A stretch of 32,000 nucleotides of DNA, taken from Gammaproteobacteria bacterium. Its GTDB lineage: Bacteria; Pseudomonadota; Gammaproteobacteria; JBIOEC01. The notes under the pieces are model-generated. The model saw nothing but the letters and a program-made list of their open reading frames with translations. It ran no database searches and had not been told where the DNA came from. Both the position numbers and the translations under genes were made by a program. Within the stretch, counting starts at the first letter, position 1; each line of letters opens with the position of its first letter. The stretch lies in contig OZ257143.1 of the NCBI GenBank assembly GCA_965279305.1, positions 450,001-482,000 on the forward strand, given 5' to 3'. Of this stretch, positions 7,212-17,192 are shown piece after piece.

Positions 7212-8414
7212 TTATCTATTCACAGCTAACGCTTTTAATACAGTCATAGATTCGTTCAATTGATTATCTTTTTGTAATAACATTTTTTGATCAATACCAG
7301 CTTCAGAGCCTTCCACAACGATATCCGGATCAATACCTTCTGCTTGAATAGAACGTCCACTCGGCGTGTAATAATACGCGGTCGTTAATTTCAAGGCTTT
7401 ATTATCCGATAAAGGAAGGACAGTTTGAACAGAGCCTTTACCAAATGTTTTAGTTCCAACAATAATCGCACGTTCATGATCTTGTAATGCACCTGCCACA
7501 ATTTCAGAAGCAGAAGCTGAACCTTCATTGACTAATATTACTAAAGGTGCGCCATCTAATAAATCGGGTGAACGTGAAATATCTACAATACGGCTTTGTT
7601 TAATTCGGCTTCGCGTAAATACAATCACACCATTATAATTTAATTCATCTGCTTCTAAAAAAGTATCGCTTACATCAACAGCTGAATCTAAAAGACCACC
7701 TGGATTATTACGTAAATCTAAAACCATTCCATTTAATTGGCCATCAGATTCTTTCTTTAATTTATTAATCGCATGCTGCATATCTTTTGCGGTGTTTTCC
7801 TGAAAATGTGTTAATCGCACATATCCGTATCCAGGTTCTATCATCGTGTATTTTACATTTTGCACTTTGATAATATCGCGCACAATCACAAATTCTTTGG
7901 GTTTGGTTGCGTTATCACGCATAACGGTTAAAACCACTTTGGAACCTTTAGGTCCGCGCATTTCATCTACTGCATCTCGCAATGTCATACCTTTCACGGG
8001 TTTTTCATTAATTCGTATGATGACATCGCCCGCATGAATGCCCGCTTTTGCAGCGGGGGTATCATCAATAGGAGAAATCACTTGAACAAACCCATCTTCC
8101 ATAGTCACTTCAATACCTAAACCGCCAAATTTACCGGTGGTATTAATTTTGAGATCATCAAAATCCCCTTCATCTAAATAAGCTGAATGAGGATCTAAAT
8201 TATTTACCATGCCTTCAATCGCATGATCAAATAATTCATCGTTAGATACTTCTTCTACATAATAGGTTTTAATTTGCTCAATGACCTGAACAAACTCTTG
8301 TAAATTACTTAAGGGGATCCCTTCAACATCAGAGGGACGTTCGGCTGCAAAAACAGCACAACTGCTGAATAATAAAAATGATAACGCGGTACGAGAATGC
8401 CTAATCATATTCAT
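7212..8414 (-). CDS. ctpA: carboxy-terminal processing protease (S41 family, PDZ domain)
   Basis: PDZ segment GGLGIEV...AAKAGIHAGDVII. S41 catalytic segments NEGSASASEIVAGAL and TFGKGSVQ. Start chosen at ATG 8414 (MNMIRHSRTALSFLLFSSCAVFA signal peptide, AAGGAA SD 3 nt upstream), which overlaps the envC stop as TAATG. The track start at 8435 is also possible. Confidence 0.85.
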   Translation of the reverse strand: MNMIRHSRTALSFLLFSSCAVFAAERPSDVEGIPLSNLQEFVQVIEQIKTYYVEEVSNDELFDHAIEGMVNNLDPHSAYLDEGDFDDLKINTTGKFGGLGIEVTMEDGFVQVISPIDDTPAAKAGIHAGDVIIRINEKPVKGMTLRDAVDEMRGPKGSKVVLTVMRDNATKPKEFVIVRDIIKVQNVKYTMIEPGYGYVRLTHFQENTAKDMQHAINKLKKESDGQLNGMVLDLRNNPGGLLDSAVDVSDTFLEADELNYNGVIVFTRSRIKQSRIVDISRSPDLLDGAPLVILVNEGSASASEIVAGALQDHERAIIVGTKTFGKGSVQTVLPLSDNKALKLTTAYYYTPSGRSIQAEGIDPDIVVEGSEAGIDQKMLLQKDNQLNESMTVLKALAVNR

Positions 8415-9595
8415 TAATTCCTTGGTGCCAACCACGGTTGTGGGTTGACGGGTTTTCCATTATGTCTTATTTCAAAGTATAAACCAGGTTGCTTAAGTCC
8501 ACCTGTTGTCCCTACGGTACCTACGGGATCACCATCTTTTACCGAAGCACCTAGGGTGGTATATAACATATCATTATGCGCATATAAACTCATATATTTA
8601 TTTCCATGGTCAATAATGACCAGTAGCCCATAACCACGCAACCAATCCGCATAGACCACACGTCCAGGCGCTACAGCGGAAACGGTTTGCCCCTCAGGAG
8701 CAGTGATCACCATTCCATTATAACGGCTTTGTCCTCCTGCGCGATAACTCCCGAAAGTATTGCGCACTTTACCCATAGTAGGCCAAGGTAATTTGCCTTT
8801 TTGTTTATCAAATGATCCTTTTACCGGTGGCCATTTTTTCTGAGCCAGAGTGCCTTGGGCTACGGCTAATACTTGCTGGAGCTCTTTTTCACTGGCTTGT
8901 AATTCTTTTAAGGCTTTATCTTTGGTATTAATCGTTTTTTCAACTGAAGCGAGTATAGATTTTTGTTCTTTTTGTTCAGCGGCTAATTCTGCTTTTTGCT
9001 CATTCTGCTTTTTCTTTTCTTCTTCTAATTTTTCTTTTGTATTTTCTATCGCTTCTCTGAGTTTTGTTTGTTCTTCCACTTTTTCGTTTAAGTCTATAAT
9101 TTCATCTTGTAATGATTGATTGAAAAATTGGTAATACGTAATTAAACGATTAAAATCCACCATATCATTTTGGTTAAATAATAATTTGATATCAGGTTGT
9201 TGGCCTGTTGCATATAAGGCACGTAAACTTTGACCTAAATGCTCACGTCTAATTTCAATATCTTTGTTTAAGGTTTTTTCATTTTCCTGTTGCTGCGCTA
9301 ATTCTTTTTGTTCCAACGCAATTTGTTTATCTAAACTCACAATTTTTTTGTTTAGATTATTAATAATAAGATCTTGTTCACGAAGTTCTTCTTGAATAGA
9401 CGCTTGCTTTTTTCTTTCAGCAATCAGCTCTTCATTTAACTGATCCATTTCCTTATTGATTTCTTTTATTTTCTGATAAGTATCTTCAGAAGCTACACAG
9501 ATAGACGGGATCAAAAGAGATACGGATGCAGCACACATAGAGATCAAACAAATGTGTTGTATTTTTTTAATAACCAAACTTGTCTTACTTGACAT
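8414..9595 (-). CDS. envC: murein hydrolase activator EnvC-like (coiled coil + degenerate LytM/M23 domain)
   Basis: 393 aa with a signal peptide and a long K/E/Q-rich coiled coil. The C-terminal M23 fold has YNGMVITA in place of HxxxD and LYFEIRHNG in place of HxH, so the metal ligands are missing as in E. coli EnvC. Conserved position after gpmI. Confidence 0.8.
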   Translation of the reverse strand: MSSKTSLVIKKIQHICLISMCAASVSLLIPSICVASEDTYQKIKEINKEMDQLNEELIAERKKQASIQEELREQDLIINNLNKKIVSLDKQIALEQKELAQQQENEKTLNKDIEIRREHLGQSLRALYATGQQPDIKLLFNQNDMVDFNRLITYYQFFNQSLQDEIIDLNEKVEEQTKLREAIENTKEKLEEEKKKQNEQKAELAAEQKEQKSILASVEKTINTKDKALKELQASEKELQQVLAVAQGTLAQKKWPPVKGSFDKQKGKLPWPTMGKVRNTFGSYRAGGQSRYNGMVITAPEGQTVSAVAPGRVVYADWLRGYGLLVIIDHGNKYMSLYAHNDMLYTTLGASVKDGDPVGTVGTTGGLKQPGLYFEIRHNGKPVNPQPWLAPRN

Positions 9596-9614
9596 GTTAT
9601 TTCTATCCTTGAAC

Positions 9615-11171
9615 TTATTTTAAAAGTACATCACCTGTCATTTCTGGGGGTAGAGGCACATGCATTAATGATAATAACGTAGGTGCAATATCATCTAAAC
9701 TACCTTGCGATTTCACAAATTTTCCTTGATGTCCTACATATACTAAAGGAACCAACAAACTCGTATGCGCGGTATGAGGTTGTTTGGTTGCAGGATCATA
9801 CATTACTTCCGCATTCCCATGATCGGCCGTTATTAACGCTTCCCCACCTACATCGGTTAATGCTTTTATCACTTTTCCTAAGCATTGATCTAATGCTGTA
9901 ATCGCTTTTACGGTTGCATCAAAATTTCCCGTATGTCCTACCATATCTGCATTCGCAAAATTAACCACGATCAAATCATATTGTTGTTTAGAAATAGCCT
10001 CTACTAATTTATCGGTAATTTCAAAAGCGCTCATTTCGGGTTTTAAATCATACGTAGCGACATTAGGTGAAGGAACTAATACACGAGTTTCACCTTCAAA
10101 AGGGTCTTCTTTGCCGCCATTAAAGAAAAAAGTCACATGCGCATATTTTTCGGTTTCCGCTATTCTCAATTGTGTTTTATGTTGCTTAGACAACCATTCG
10201 CCTAATCCATTATTGATACTCACATGAGGGAAGGCCACAGTCGCTTCAATATCATTAGCATAATGAGTTAAAGTAGCAAATACACTTAATTGAGGTACAC
10301 GTGCTCTTTCAAATCCATCAAATTCTTTTTGTGTGAGTGCACGACTTAATTGTCTGGCTCTGTCGTTACGGAAATTCATAAAAATGACCGCATCTCCATC
10401 TTCTATTTTCACTGCTGGAACATTCGGCAAATGAATAGAAGTAGGATGAACAAATTCATCGTTTTCATCACGAGTGTACGCTAAGGTTAATGCTAAAGTA
10501 GGATCGTTACTGTGATATTCGGCTTTTCCATCTACAATCAAATCATAGGCAGTTTGCGTGCGATCCCAACGTTTGTCTCTGTCCATCGCGAAATAACGTC
10601 CCACTAAAGACACTATTCGAATATCCGCTTTATAGGTTTTGCTTAATGAGTTGCATAATTGCTGCATGCTTTCTAATGAAGACATAGCACTTTGGGGAGG
10701 GGTATCTCTTCCATCTAAAAACGCATGTATATAAATTTTCTTAACGCCAAGTTCCGCCGCCAATTTCACCATTTCTTGAATATGATGTTCATGGGCATGT
10801 ACGCCGCCTGCCGATAATAAACCCAATAGGTGTAATGCCTGTCCATTCGCTTTTATGGCTTCTATTGCTTTTAATAAGGCTGGGTTTTTCTTAAAGGTTC
10901 CATCCGTAATGGCTTGATCAATTCGGGTCAGATCTTGATAAATCACGCGCCCGGCACCTATATTCATATGCCCTACTTCAGAATTTCCCATCTGCTTGTC
11001 AGGCAAGCCTACGGCTTTACCCGAGGCATCAATTAACATATGAGGGTATTCGGCCCAGAGTTTATCCCAATTGGGCTTTACAGCCGCAGCAATAGCGTTA
11101 TTTTCGGTTTCGGTGCGATAGCCCCAACCGTCGAAGATAAGAAGTAATATGGGTTTTGGTACTGTGTTCAT
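9615..11171 (-). CDS. gpmI: 2,3-bisphosphoglycerate-independent phosphoglycerate mutase
   Basis: 518 aa with LLIFDGWG, MGNSEVGHMNIGAGR and ITADHGNAE motifs. Confidence 0.95.
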   Translation of the reverse strand: MNTVPKPILLLIFDGWGYRTETENNAIAAAVKPNWDKLWAEYPHMLIDASGKAVGLPDKQMGNSEVGHMNIGAGRVIYQDLTRIDQAITDGTFKKNPALLKAIEAIKANGQALHLLGLLSAGGVHAHEHHIQEMVKLAAELGVKKIYIHAFLDGRDTPPQSAMSSLESMQQLCNSLSKTYKADIRIVSLVGRYFAMDRDKRWDRTQTAYDLIVDGKAEYHSNDPTLALTLAYTRDENDEFVHPTSIHLPNVPAVKIEDGDAVIFMNFRNDRARQLSRALTQKEFDGFERARVPQLSVFATLTHYANDIEATVAFPHVSINNGLGEWLSKQHKTQLRIAETEKYAHVTFFFNGGKEDPFEGETRVLVPSPNVATYDLKPEMSAFEITDKLVEAISKQQYDLIVVNFANADMVGHTGNFDATVKAITALDQCLGKVIKALTDVGGEALITADHGNAEVMYDPATKQPHTAHTSLLVPLVYVGHQGKFVKSQGSLDDIAPTLLSLMHVPLPPEMTGDVLLK

Positions 11172-11289
11172 GTATTCCTATTATATATGTTGGTGATATC
11201 TATAGCCACAATATGCTACAATAATTTGCCCTCGCTGGTAAGGCCGGTGAGAGCAATATCTAATAAAGTAGCGGGAGTTAAGAGGAATT

Positions 11290-11718
11290 ATGACCGAAAT
11301 TATCGATTTTTTAGCCCAAGAGTGGATGTTAACTTCTATTTTCGCGGCATTATCAGTAGCCTTACTGTTAGTGTTATGGCGTGAGCGCGCGGCAGGTGCT
11401 GGACGTGTAGATCCTCAGCAAGCCACCATGTTAATTAACAAAGAACAAGCCCTGGTTATCGATTTGCGGGATAATAATGCTTTTAACCAAGGACATATTG
11501 TAAGCGCCAAAAATATTCCTCATACCCGCTTACAACAAGAAGCGGGCGATCTTGCCAAATATAAATCCAAACCAGTTATTTTGGTGTGTGATTTAGGAAG
11601 AAATAGTAGCGGTAGTGGTGCATGGTTACGCAAACAAGGTTTTGAAAGAGTTTTTATGTTGTCTGGTGGCATTCAAGCTTGGCGCGCCGCTGGATTGCCT
11701 TTACCTTCAAACAAATAA
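11290..11718 (+). CDS. yibN: rhodanese-domain inner-membrane protein (YibN-like)
   Basis: 142 aa with an N-terminal TM helix and a rhodanese fold. A cysteine is retained in the active-site loop (VCDLGRNS). AAGAGGA SD. Same position as E. coli yibN upstream of grxC-secB-gpsA. Confidence 0.8.
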   Translation: MTEIIDFLAQEWMLTSIFAALSVALLLVLWRERAAGAGRVDPQQATMLINKEQALVIDLRDNNAFNQGHIVSAKNIPHTRLQQEAGDLAKYKSKPVILVCDLGRNSSGSGAWLRKQGFERVFMLSGGIQAWRAAGLPLPSNK

Positions 11719-11730
11719 TAAGAGGCACTT

Positions 11731-11994
11731 ATGGAATCTAACATTGTTATGTACGCTAAACATGGATGTCCTTATTGCGAACGTGCTGAAGCATTATTAA
11801 AAGCAAAAAATGTTTCTTTTACCGAAATTTTTGTTGATGATCATCCTGAAAAACGAGATGAAATGATAAAGCGCAGTAATGGGGGTCACACGGTTCCTCA
11901 AATTTTTATTAATGATCAACATATCGGTGGCAGTGACGATCTATTAGCTTTAGAAGCGGCTGGCAAGCTTGATGATATGCTAGGCAATAAATAA
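11731..11994 (+). CDS. grxC: glutaredoxin 3
   Basis: 87 aa with the CPYC active site, TVPQIFI and GGSDDL motifs. Confidence 0.9.
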   Translation: MESNIVMYAKHGCPYCERAEALLKAKNVSFTEIFVDDHPEKRDEMIKRSNGGHTVPQIFINDQHIGGSDDLLALEAAGKLDDMLGNK

Positions 11995-12020
11995 TCAAAT
12001 AATTAATTAAGGAGTATCTT

Positions 12021-12530
12021 ATGGCTACTGAAAATAATCCTATCAATAATAACACTTCTGCTAACACAGCACCTAAAGGTCCTGAATTTAGTATTCAACG
12101 GATTTATATAAAAGATATTTCTTTAGAATCTCCTGTGTCTCCACAAGTTTTTAGACAAGAATGGAAACCTGAAATTGATCTACAAATAAATGTAGACTCC
12201 AGCAAATTAGAAGGTGATTTTTATCAAGTAATTTTAAAAATTACCGTTACCGCTAAAAACAGTGAAAAAATTGCTTTACTGATTGAAGTGCAACAAGCAG
12301 GTATTTTTCTACTAAAAGATTTTGAACAGGAACAATTAAGCCATATGCTTGGCTCTTTTTGCCCTAATTTAATTTTCCCTTATGCTCGCGAATATATTTC
12401 TGAAACCGCTATTCGTGCAGGATTCCCCCCGCTTTATTTGGCACCTATTAATTTTGATGCTATTTACACAGAGCAACAACGCCAAAAACGCGCTGGCAGT
12501 GACGCGGCTAATCAACCCGCTCAATCATAA
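12021..12530 (+). CDS. secB: protein-export chaperone SecB
   Basis: 169 aa. FSIQRIYIKDISLESP and CPNLIFPYAREYIS are typical SecB segments. AAGGAG SD. Confidence 0.9.
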   Translation: MATENNPINNNTSANTAPKGPEFSIQRIYIKDISLESPVSPQVFRQEWKPEIDLQINVDSSKLEGDFYQVILKITVTAKNSEKIALLIEVQQAGIFLLKDFEQEQLSHMLGSFCPNLIFPYAREYISETAIRAGFPPLYLAPINFDAIYTEQQRQKRAGSDAANQPAQS

Positions 12531-12548
12531 ACATAATAGGACTTGCAA

Positions 12549-13532
12549 ATGAACTCAAAAAAATCGTTTGCGGTATTGGGATCGGGTGCATGGGGAACTG
12601 CACTCGCTTTTCAACTCGCGCGGTCACATCCCGATCGCACTATTTTTTTATGGGGATTTGATCCTAAAGAACAAAAAGCACTGATTGAAAACCAGTGTAA
12701 TATAGAATATTTTCCTGATGATTTATTTCCACAAAATTTAAAACCGGTTATCGAATTATCAGAAGCGTTAGAAAACTGCGAAGGCATTGTTATCGCCGTT
12801 CCCAGTATTGGTTTTGCTGATACTGTTAAAAATTTACCTATTGATATTCCTGTGATTGCGGCAACTAAAGGCTTAGATCCAAAAACGGGATCATTTTTGC
12901 ATACTTTGGTCAATAAAAAACAAAACTATTCTGTGCTGTCAGGCCCTAGTTTTGCTAGCGAAGTAATGGCAGGTTTACCAACCGCTGTCACCATCGCTTC
13001 AGAAGATATCAACCATGCTAAATTTTGGCAAAAACATTTTCATAACGATTATTTTAGAGTGTATACCTCTGATGACATTATCGGTGTGCAATTAGGTGGT
13101 AGTGTTAAAAATGTGATGGCAATTGCCACCGGAATTTCTGATGGATTGGGCTTTGGCGCCAACTCTCGTGCTGCTTTAATAACGAGAGGACTAAATGAAA
13201 TGATGCGCTTAAACGAAGCGTTAGGCGGAAAACAGGCCACATTATTAGGCATGGCGGGGATAGGTGATTTGATTTTAACCTGCACCGATAATCAATCACG
13301 CAACCGTCGCTTTGGAATGGAATTAGGCAAAGCCAAATCCATTGAAGAAGCACAAAAAATTGTTAAACAAGTTGTAGAAGGTTATTACGCAGCTAAATTA
13401 GTGGATCAGTTGGCAGAGCGCCATCATGTAGATATGCCTTTGTGCAGCGGCATGTATGAAATACTTTATAAAAATCTGCCCGTAAAACAAGCATTCCAAG
13501 AGCTTCTCTCTCGCGCCCCCAAAGAAGAATAA
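12549..13532 (+). CDS. gpsA: NAD(P)H-dependent glycerol-3-phosphate dehydrogenase
   Basis: GSGAWGTALA dinucleotide fold, plus GGSVKNVMAIATG and SRNRRFG. The track start at 12543 is a TTG. I prefer ATG 12549, with AGGA 8 nt upstream. Confidence 0.9.
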   Translation: MNSKKSFAVLGSGAWGTALAFQLARSHPDRTIFLWGFDPKEQKALIENQCNIEYFPDDLFPQNLKPVIELSEALENCEGIVIAVPSIGFADTVKNLPIDIPVIAATKGLDPKTGSFLHTLVNKKQNYSVLSGPSFASEVMAGLPTAVTIASEDINHAKFWQKHFHNDYFRVYTSDDIIGVQLGGSVKNVMAIATGISDGLGFGANSRAALITRGLNEMMRLNEALGGKQATLLGMAGIGDLILTCTDNQSRNRRFGMELGKAKSIEEAQKIVKQVVEGYYAAKLVDQLAERHHVDMPLCSGMYEILYKNLPVKQAFQELLSRAPKEE

Positions 13533-14573
13533 CTATCTCGTATAACGAGCGCGGTATTCGCTGGCCATATTACTGGCTGCTGTTAATTGTTCGGGTGTGA
13601 AATGCGTTACTAACATATCTTCTAATTCGTCAGCGGCTACATTATGATCGGCCGCATGAGATACTTCTAACCAGGCATAAGCTCTTACAGGATCATGCTT
13701 CACGCCTTCACCACGATAATACATTTCCGCTAAATCATATTGCGCTGGTTGATAACCTTGTTGTGCGGCTTTTAATAACCATTTGTGCGCTTCTTCTAGA
13801 TCTTGAGGGATCCCTACACCACGAAGATAAATTTGACCAATATTATAATCAGCTTCAGTGGAACGTTGCTCTGAGGCTTTTCCATACCAGGTTAATGCGC
13901 GTTGAATATCTTTTTGTTCATGACTGGTTACGTAAAAATTACCTAAGGCTAGTTCTGCTTTCAAATCATGTTTATTAGCAGCGCGGTTATACCATACTAA
14001 TGCTCTACCCATATCGTATACGGCGCTATTATCATCCGCAAAACGATCAGCTACTTGTGTTTCAGCAGGAACGCTGTCTCTGTGTCCTTTCGCTAATTCA
14101 AACCAATGCGCAGCAACAGTGGCAGACTCGCCCACTATCCAACCATTTTGATAAAAAATACCTAACCAATATTTTGCATAAGACGATCCGTTTTGTGCAG
14201 CAGCACGATACCAACAAATTGCTGTTTTCCAATCTTTAGGTAAGTTGTCACCATCCATATAACGATCAGCAATGTCTGATTGAGCTTTAGGATCTTTGCC
14301 TAATGCACGTTTATGTAATGAATATAATTCTTGATGAGAAGGGCTGGGTAGAAATTTATTTTGCTCATTCACTTTATCAAAGCTGCCGCACATTCCGCGT
14401 AGCCATTTTTCAGCGGCTTTTACACTAGGCGATTTGGCAGGTTCGTATTCATAAGGATTGTAGGTGCTGGCAGATCCTTTATATAATTTGCTATCAAAAT
14501 CTGCTTCTCTATCACTAGCATAAGCCATCCCGCTGCAGCATATTCCTACTACTAACGTCAGTATTAAGCGCAT
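13533..14573 (-). CDS. secreted Sel1-like repeat (SLR/TPR-type) protein
   Basis: 346 aa. Signal peptide MRLILTLVVGICCSGMAYA/SD. I count six Sel1-type repeats, for example ADYNIGQIYLRGVGIPQDLEEAHKWLLKAAQQGYQP and AQYDLAEMYYRGEGVKHDPVRAYAWLEVS. AAGGA SD. The gene starts 5 nt after the spoT stop. Confidence 0.8.
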   Translation of the reverse strand: MRLILTLVVGICCSGMAYASDREADFDSKLYKGSASTYNPYEYEPAKSPSVKAAEKWLRGMCGSFDKVNEQNKFLPSPSHQELYSLHKRALGKDPKAQSDIADRYMDGDNLPKDWKTAICWYRAAAQNGSSYAKYWLGIFYQNGWIVGESATVAAHWFELAKGHRDSVPAETQVADRFADDNSAVYDMGRALVWYNRAANKHDLKAELALGNFYVTSHEQKDIQRALTWYGKASEQRSTEADYNIGQIYLRGVGIPQDLEEAHKWLLKAAQQGYQPAQYDLAEMYYRGEGVKHDPVRAYAWLEVSHAADHNVAADELEDMLVTHFTPEQLTAASNMASEYRARYTR

Positions 14574-14578
14574 AGTGT

Positions 14579-16753
14579 TTATCCTTGTCCTTGGTGAGTC
14601 GCTCTGTGTATTTTAAGGATGCCTTTGATAGTACGCAAACGGCGAATGACGCGAGCCAAATGCTGCCTATCATGCACAGACAGCGTGATGTTCATTTGCA
14701 TATGCTGACCATCATGACTTTCTGTTCTAATGTCTTCAATATTAGCACCCATATCGGCAATGCCAACCGCTAATAAGGCTAGCATACCACGTTGATGCGT
14801 GACTTCCAGTTCTAATTCAGTGGAAAAATCACCTTGCACTGTGCTTTCCCATTCTACCGGCATACACTTCTCAGTTCTATCATGATACTGTTTAATTACT
14901 GGACAATGTTCACGATGAATGGTCAGTCCATGTCCCATTTCTAAATAGCCTATTACCAAATCACCTGGGATCGCGCGACAACAAGTGGCAAATTGCACGA
15001 CTAAACCTTCTGTACCTTTAATCATCAACGGTGCTGGTGTCGTTAAATCAATTTCGGGCACATTATGCCCCATTAGCATGGCTATTCGTCTGGCTTCTAA
15101 TAATGGAATACGTTGGCCTAAGCCAATTTCTTCATATAAAGAATTCATTGAATCTAAACCGGACTCTTGCGCTAACTGCGCTAAAACAGATGCTGGAATA
15201 TCATCCATATTAATATCCAGCGGAAATAATGCGGCTTCAACTAATCGTTGGCCTAAATTGATAGATTCAGCACGGCGCTGCCCTTTCAAAAAATGTCTAA
15301 TATGACTGCGCGCTTTTCCGCTTACTACAAAATTTAACCACGCAGGATTAGGGCGCACTCCGCTTGCTGTAATAATTTCTACGGTTTGTCCATTTTCTAA
15401 GGGTGTGCTCAATGCCGCTACTTGACGATTTATTTTGGCGGATACACATTGATTTCCCAAATCAGGATGTACAGCATAAGCAAAATCGACAACTGTAGCG
15501 CCCGCCGGTAATTCTAAAATATCACCTTTAGGCGTAAACACATACACTTCTTCAGGGAACAAATCGATTTTTACATTTTCAATAAATTCTAAGGGCGCAC
15601 CTTCTTGACGTTGAATTTCTTCTAAGTTTTTTAACCATGGACTGGTTTGGCCATAAAAATGTTTGATCGCTTCTGCATTTTTTCCCTTCGTGGTTTTATA
15701 ATTCCAATGCGCAGCAATTCCATTCTCAGCTAATTGTTCCATTTCTTCAGTACGAATTTGTACTTCAATAGGAACACCATAAGGTCCAAACAAAGTGGTA
15801 TGTAATGACTGGTAATTATTCGCTTTAGGAATAGCAATATAATCTTTAAAACGACCAGGTAAAGGTTTATAAATACTATGCACCATACCTAATGCGCGAT
15901 AACAATCATCCACACTATTAGTAATAATGCGAAAACCATACATATCCATAATTTCAGTAAAAGCTAAATGCTTTAATTTCATTTTCTGATAAATACTATA
16001 TAAATGCTTATGTCTACCATGTATGGAAAATTTCTTTAATTTACGATCTTTTAGTTTCTGGTAAAGCGTATTTTCAATAGTATTAATAATTTCTTTTCTA
16101 TTACCATACGCTTTCTGTAAAGCATTTTGTAAAATTTGATAACGTAGTGAATATAATGTTTTAAAACAAAGTGATTCTAATTCTAATCGCAAACGATACA
16201 TTCCTAAACGATTAGCAATAGGGGCATAAATATCTAAGGTTTCTTTTGCAATACGGTAACGTTGCTCTGCAGACAATACATCAATAGTGCGCATATTATG
16301 AAGACGATCGGCCAGCTTGACTAAAATAACGCGAATATCACGAACCATTGCGAGCAGCATTTTTCTAAAATTTTCAGCTTGAGCTTCTGCTCTAGATGCA
16401 AATTCCATTTTATTTAATTTGCTTACACCATCGACCAGTTCAGCAACAGAAGTTCCAAATGCTTTAATCAGTGTTTTTTTATCAACCGATGTATCTTCAA
16501 TTACATCATGCAGCAGGGCTGCCATAATGGTTTCATGCTCTAAATGCATTTCAGCTAAGATAAGTGCTACTGAAATAGGATGGGAAATATAAGGTTCACC
16601 CGAAACACGTATTTGGCCATGGTGAGCCTCATTGGCCATCACATAAGCCTGATGGATAGATTCCACTTGTTGCGGATTTAAATAGGTCTCTAATGACTGC
16701 CTCAATCTGTCGAATGAAACATCTTCAAATGAGGACATCCCTGTACTCATCAT
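14579..16753 (-). CDS. spoT: bifunctional (p)ppGpp synthetase/hydrolase
   Basis: 724 aa. The HD hydrolase motifs are intact (HHGQIRVSGEPYISHP, LLHDVIEDT). Synthetase segment YQSLHTTLFGPYGVPIEVQIRT. TGS and C-terminal ACT-like regions are present. Follows rpoZ. Confidence 0.9.
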   Translation of the reverse strand: MMSTGMSSFEDVSFDRLRQSLETYLNPQQVESIHQAYVMANEAHHGQIRVSGEPYISHPISVALILAEMHLEHETIMAALLHDVIEDTSVDKKTLIKAFGTSVAELVDGVSKLNKMEFASRAEAQAENFRKMLLAMVRDIRVILVKLADRLHNMRTIDVLSAEQRYRIAKETLDIYAPIANRLGMYRLRLELESLCFKTLYSLRYQILQNALQKAYGNRKEIINTIENTLYQKLKDRKLKKFSIHGRHKHLYSIYQKMKLKHLAFTEIMDMYGFRIITNSVDDCYRALGMVHSIYKPLPGRFKDYIAIPKANNYQSLHTTLFGPYGVPIEVQIRTEEMEQLAENGIAAHWNYKTTKGKNAEAIKHFYGQTSPWLKNLEEIQRQEGAPLEFIENVKIDLFPEEVYVFTPKGDILELPAGATVVDFAYAVHPDLGNQCVSAKINRQVAALSTPLENGQTVEIITASGVRPNPAWLNFVVSGKARSHIRHFLKGQRRAESINLGQRLVEAALFPLDINMDDIPASVLAQLAQESGLDSMNSLYEEIGLGQRIPLLEARRIAMLMGHNVPEIDLTTPAPLMIKGTEGLVVQFATCCRAIPGDLVIGYLEMGHGLTIHREHCPVIKQYHDRTEKCMPVEWESTVQGDFSTELELEVTHQRGMLALLAVGIADMGANIEDIRTESHDGQHMQMNITLSVHDRQHLARVIRRLRTIKGILKIHRATHQGQG

Positions 16754-16758
16754 AAAAA

Positions 16759-17085
16759 TTAGAGCTCTTGTGAATTAGGGGGTTCTTCAGGGGCGCTTTG
16801 GCTAGCATAATGAGCAGCAATACTAGCAAATGCTTCGCTAATATCCATTTCAGCATCAATGGCTTTAGCAGCAGCTTGGGTTTCAGCTTCTTCAAACATG
16901 GTTTCGCTTACAAATCCGTCAGCGATTTCACGTAAAGCCACTACGGTGGGTTTGTCATTATCCCAAATAACACGAGGTTCATCAGCACCTGTAGCCAATT
17001 GGCGAGCACGCTTGGTTGCCAAGCGGATCAGGCGGAAACGGTTAGGTAATTTGTTTAAACAATCTTCTACGGTAACGCGGGCCAT
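16759..17085 (-). CDS. rpoZ: DNA-directed RNA polymerase subunit omega
   Basis: [30 protein letters not shown] is the canonical omega N-terminus. Start ATG 17085 with a GAGG SD gives 108 aa. The track's 42-aa N-terminal extension to 17211 is non-conserved and hydrophobic. Confidence 0.9.
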   Translation of the reverse strand: MARVTVEDCLNKLPNRFRLIRLATKRARQLATGADEPRVIWDNDKPTVVALREIADGFVSETMFEEAETQAAAKAIDAEMDISEAFASIAAHYASQSAPEEPPNSQEL

Positions 17086-17192
17086 ATTTTCCTCGGTTTT
17101 TGCTCTAAATAAGAGGCCTAGTGTACCAAATTTTGAATGGAATGGGAATAGAAACAAGCCACAAACACCTGTATAAAAAACACCCTTCAAAG

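Noticed and set aside
6977-7249. 90-aa ORF running from the ppx 3' end through the GC-rich palindrome into ctpA
   Set aside because: It overlaps two well-supported genes and translates the palindromic element (…SHKGRGD…), which is typical of spurious ORFs across REP-like repeats.
8445-9119. Plus-strand ORFs (8445-8633, 8850-9119) antisense to envC, one rich in S/F/C
   Set aside because: These are mirror-image ORFs of the K/E/Q-rich coiled-coil coding region, where the codon bias leaves the antisense frame free of stops. There is no start context or recognisable product. The repetitiveness is at the amino-acid level and is not a DNA tandem repeat or CRISPR array.
13536-13549. Hairpin CTCGT-ata-ACGAG at the gpsA/Sel1 stop-codon junction as a terminator
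   Set aside because: It has only a 5-bp stem with a 3-nt loop and no flanking U-run on either strand, which is too weak to call.
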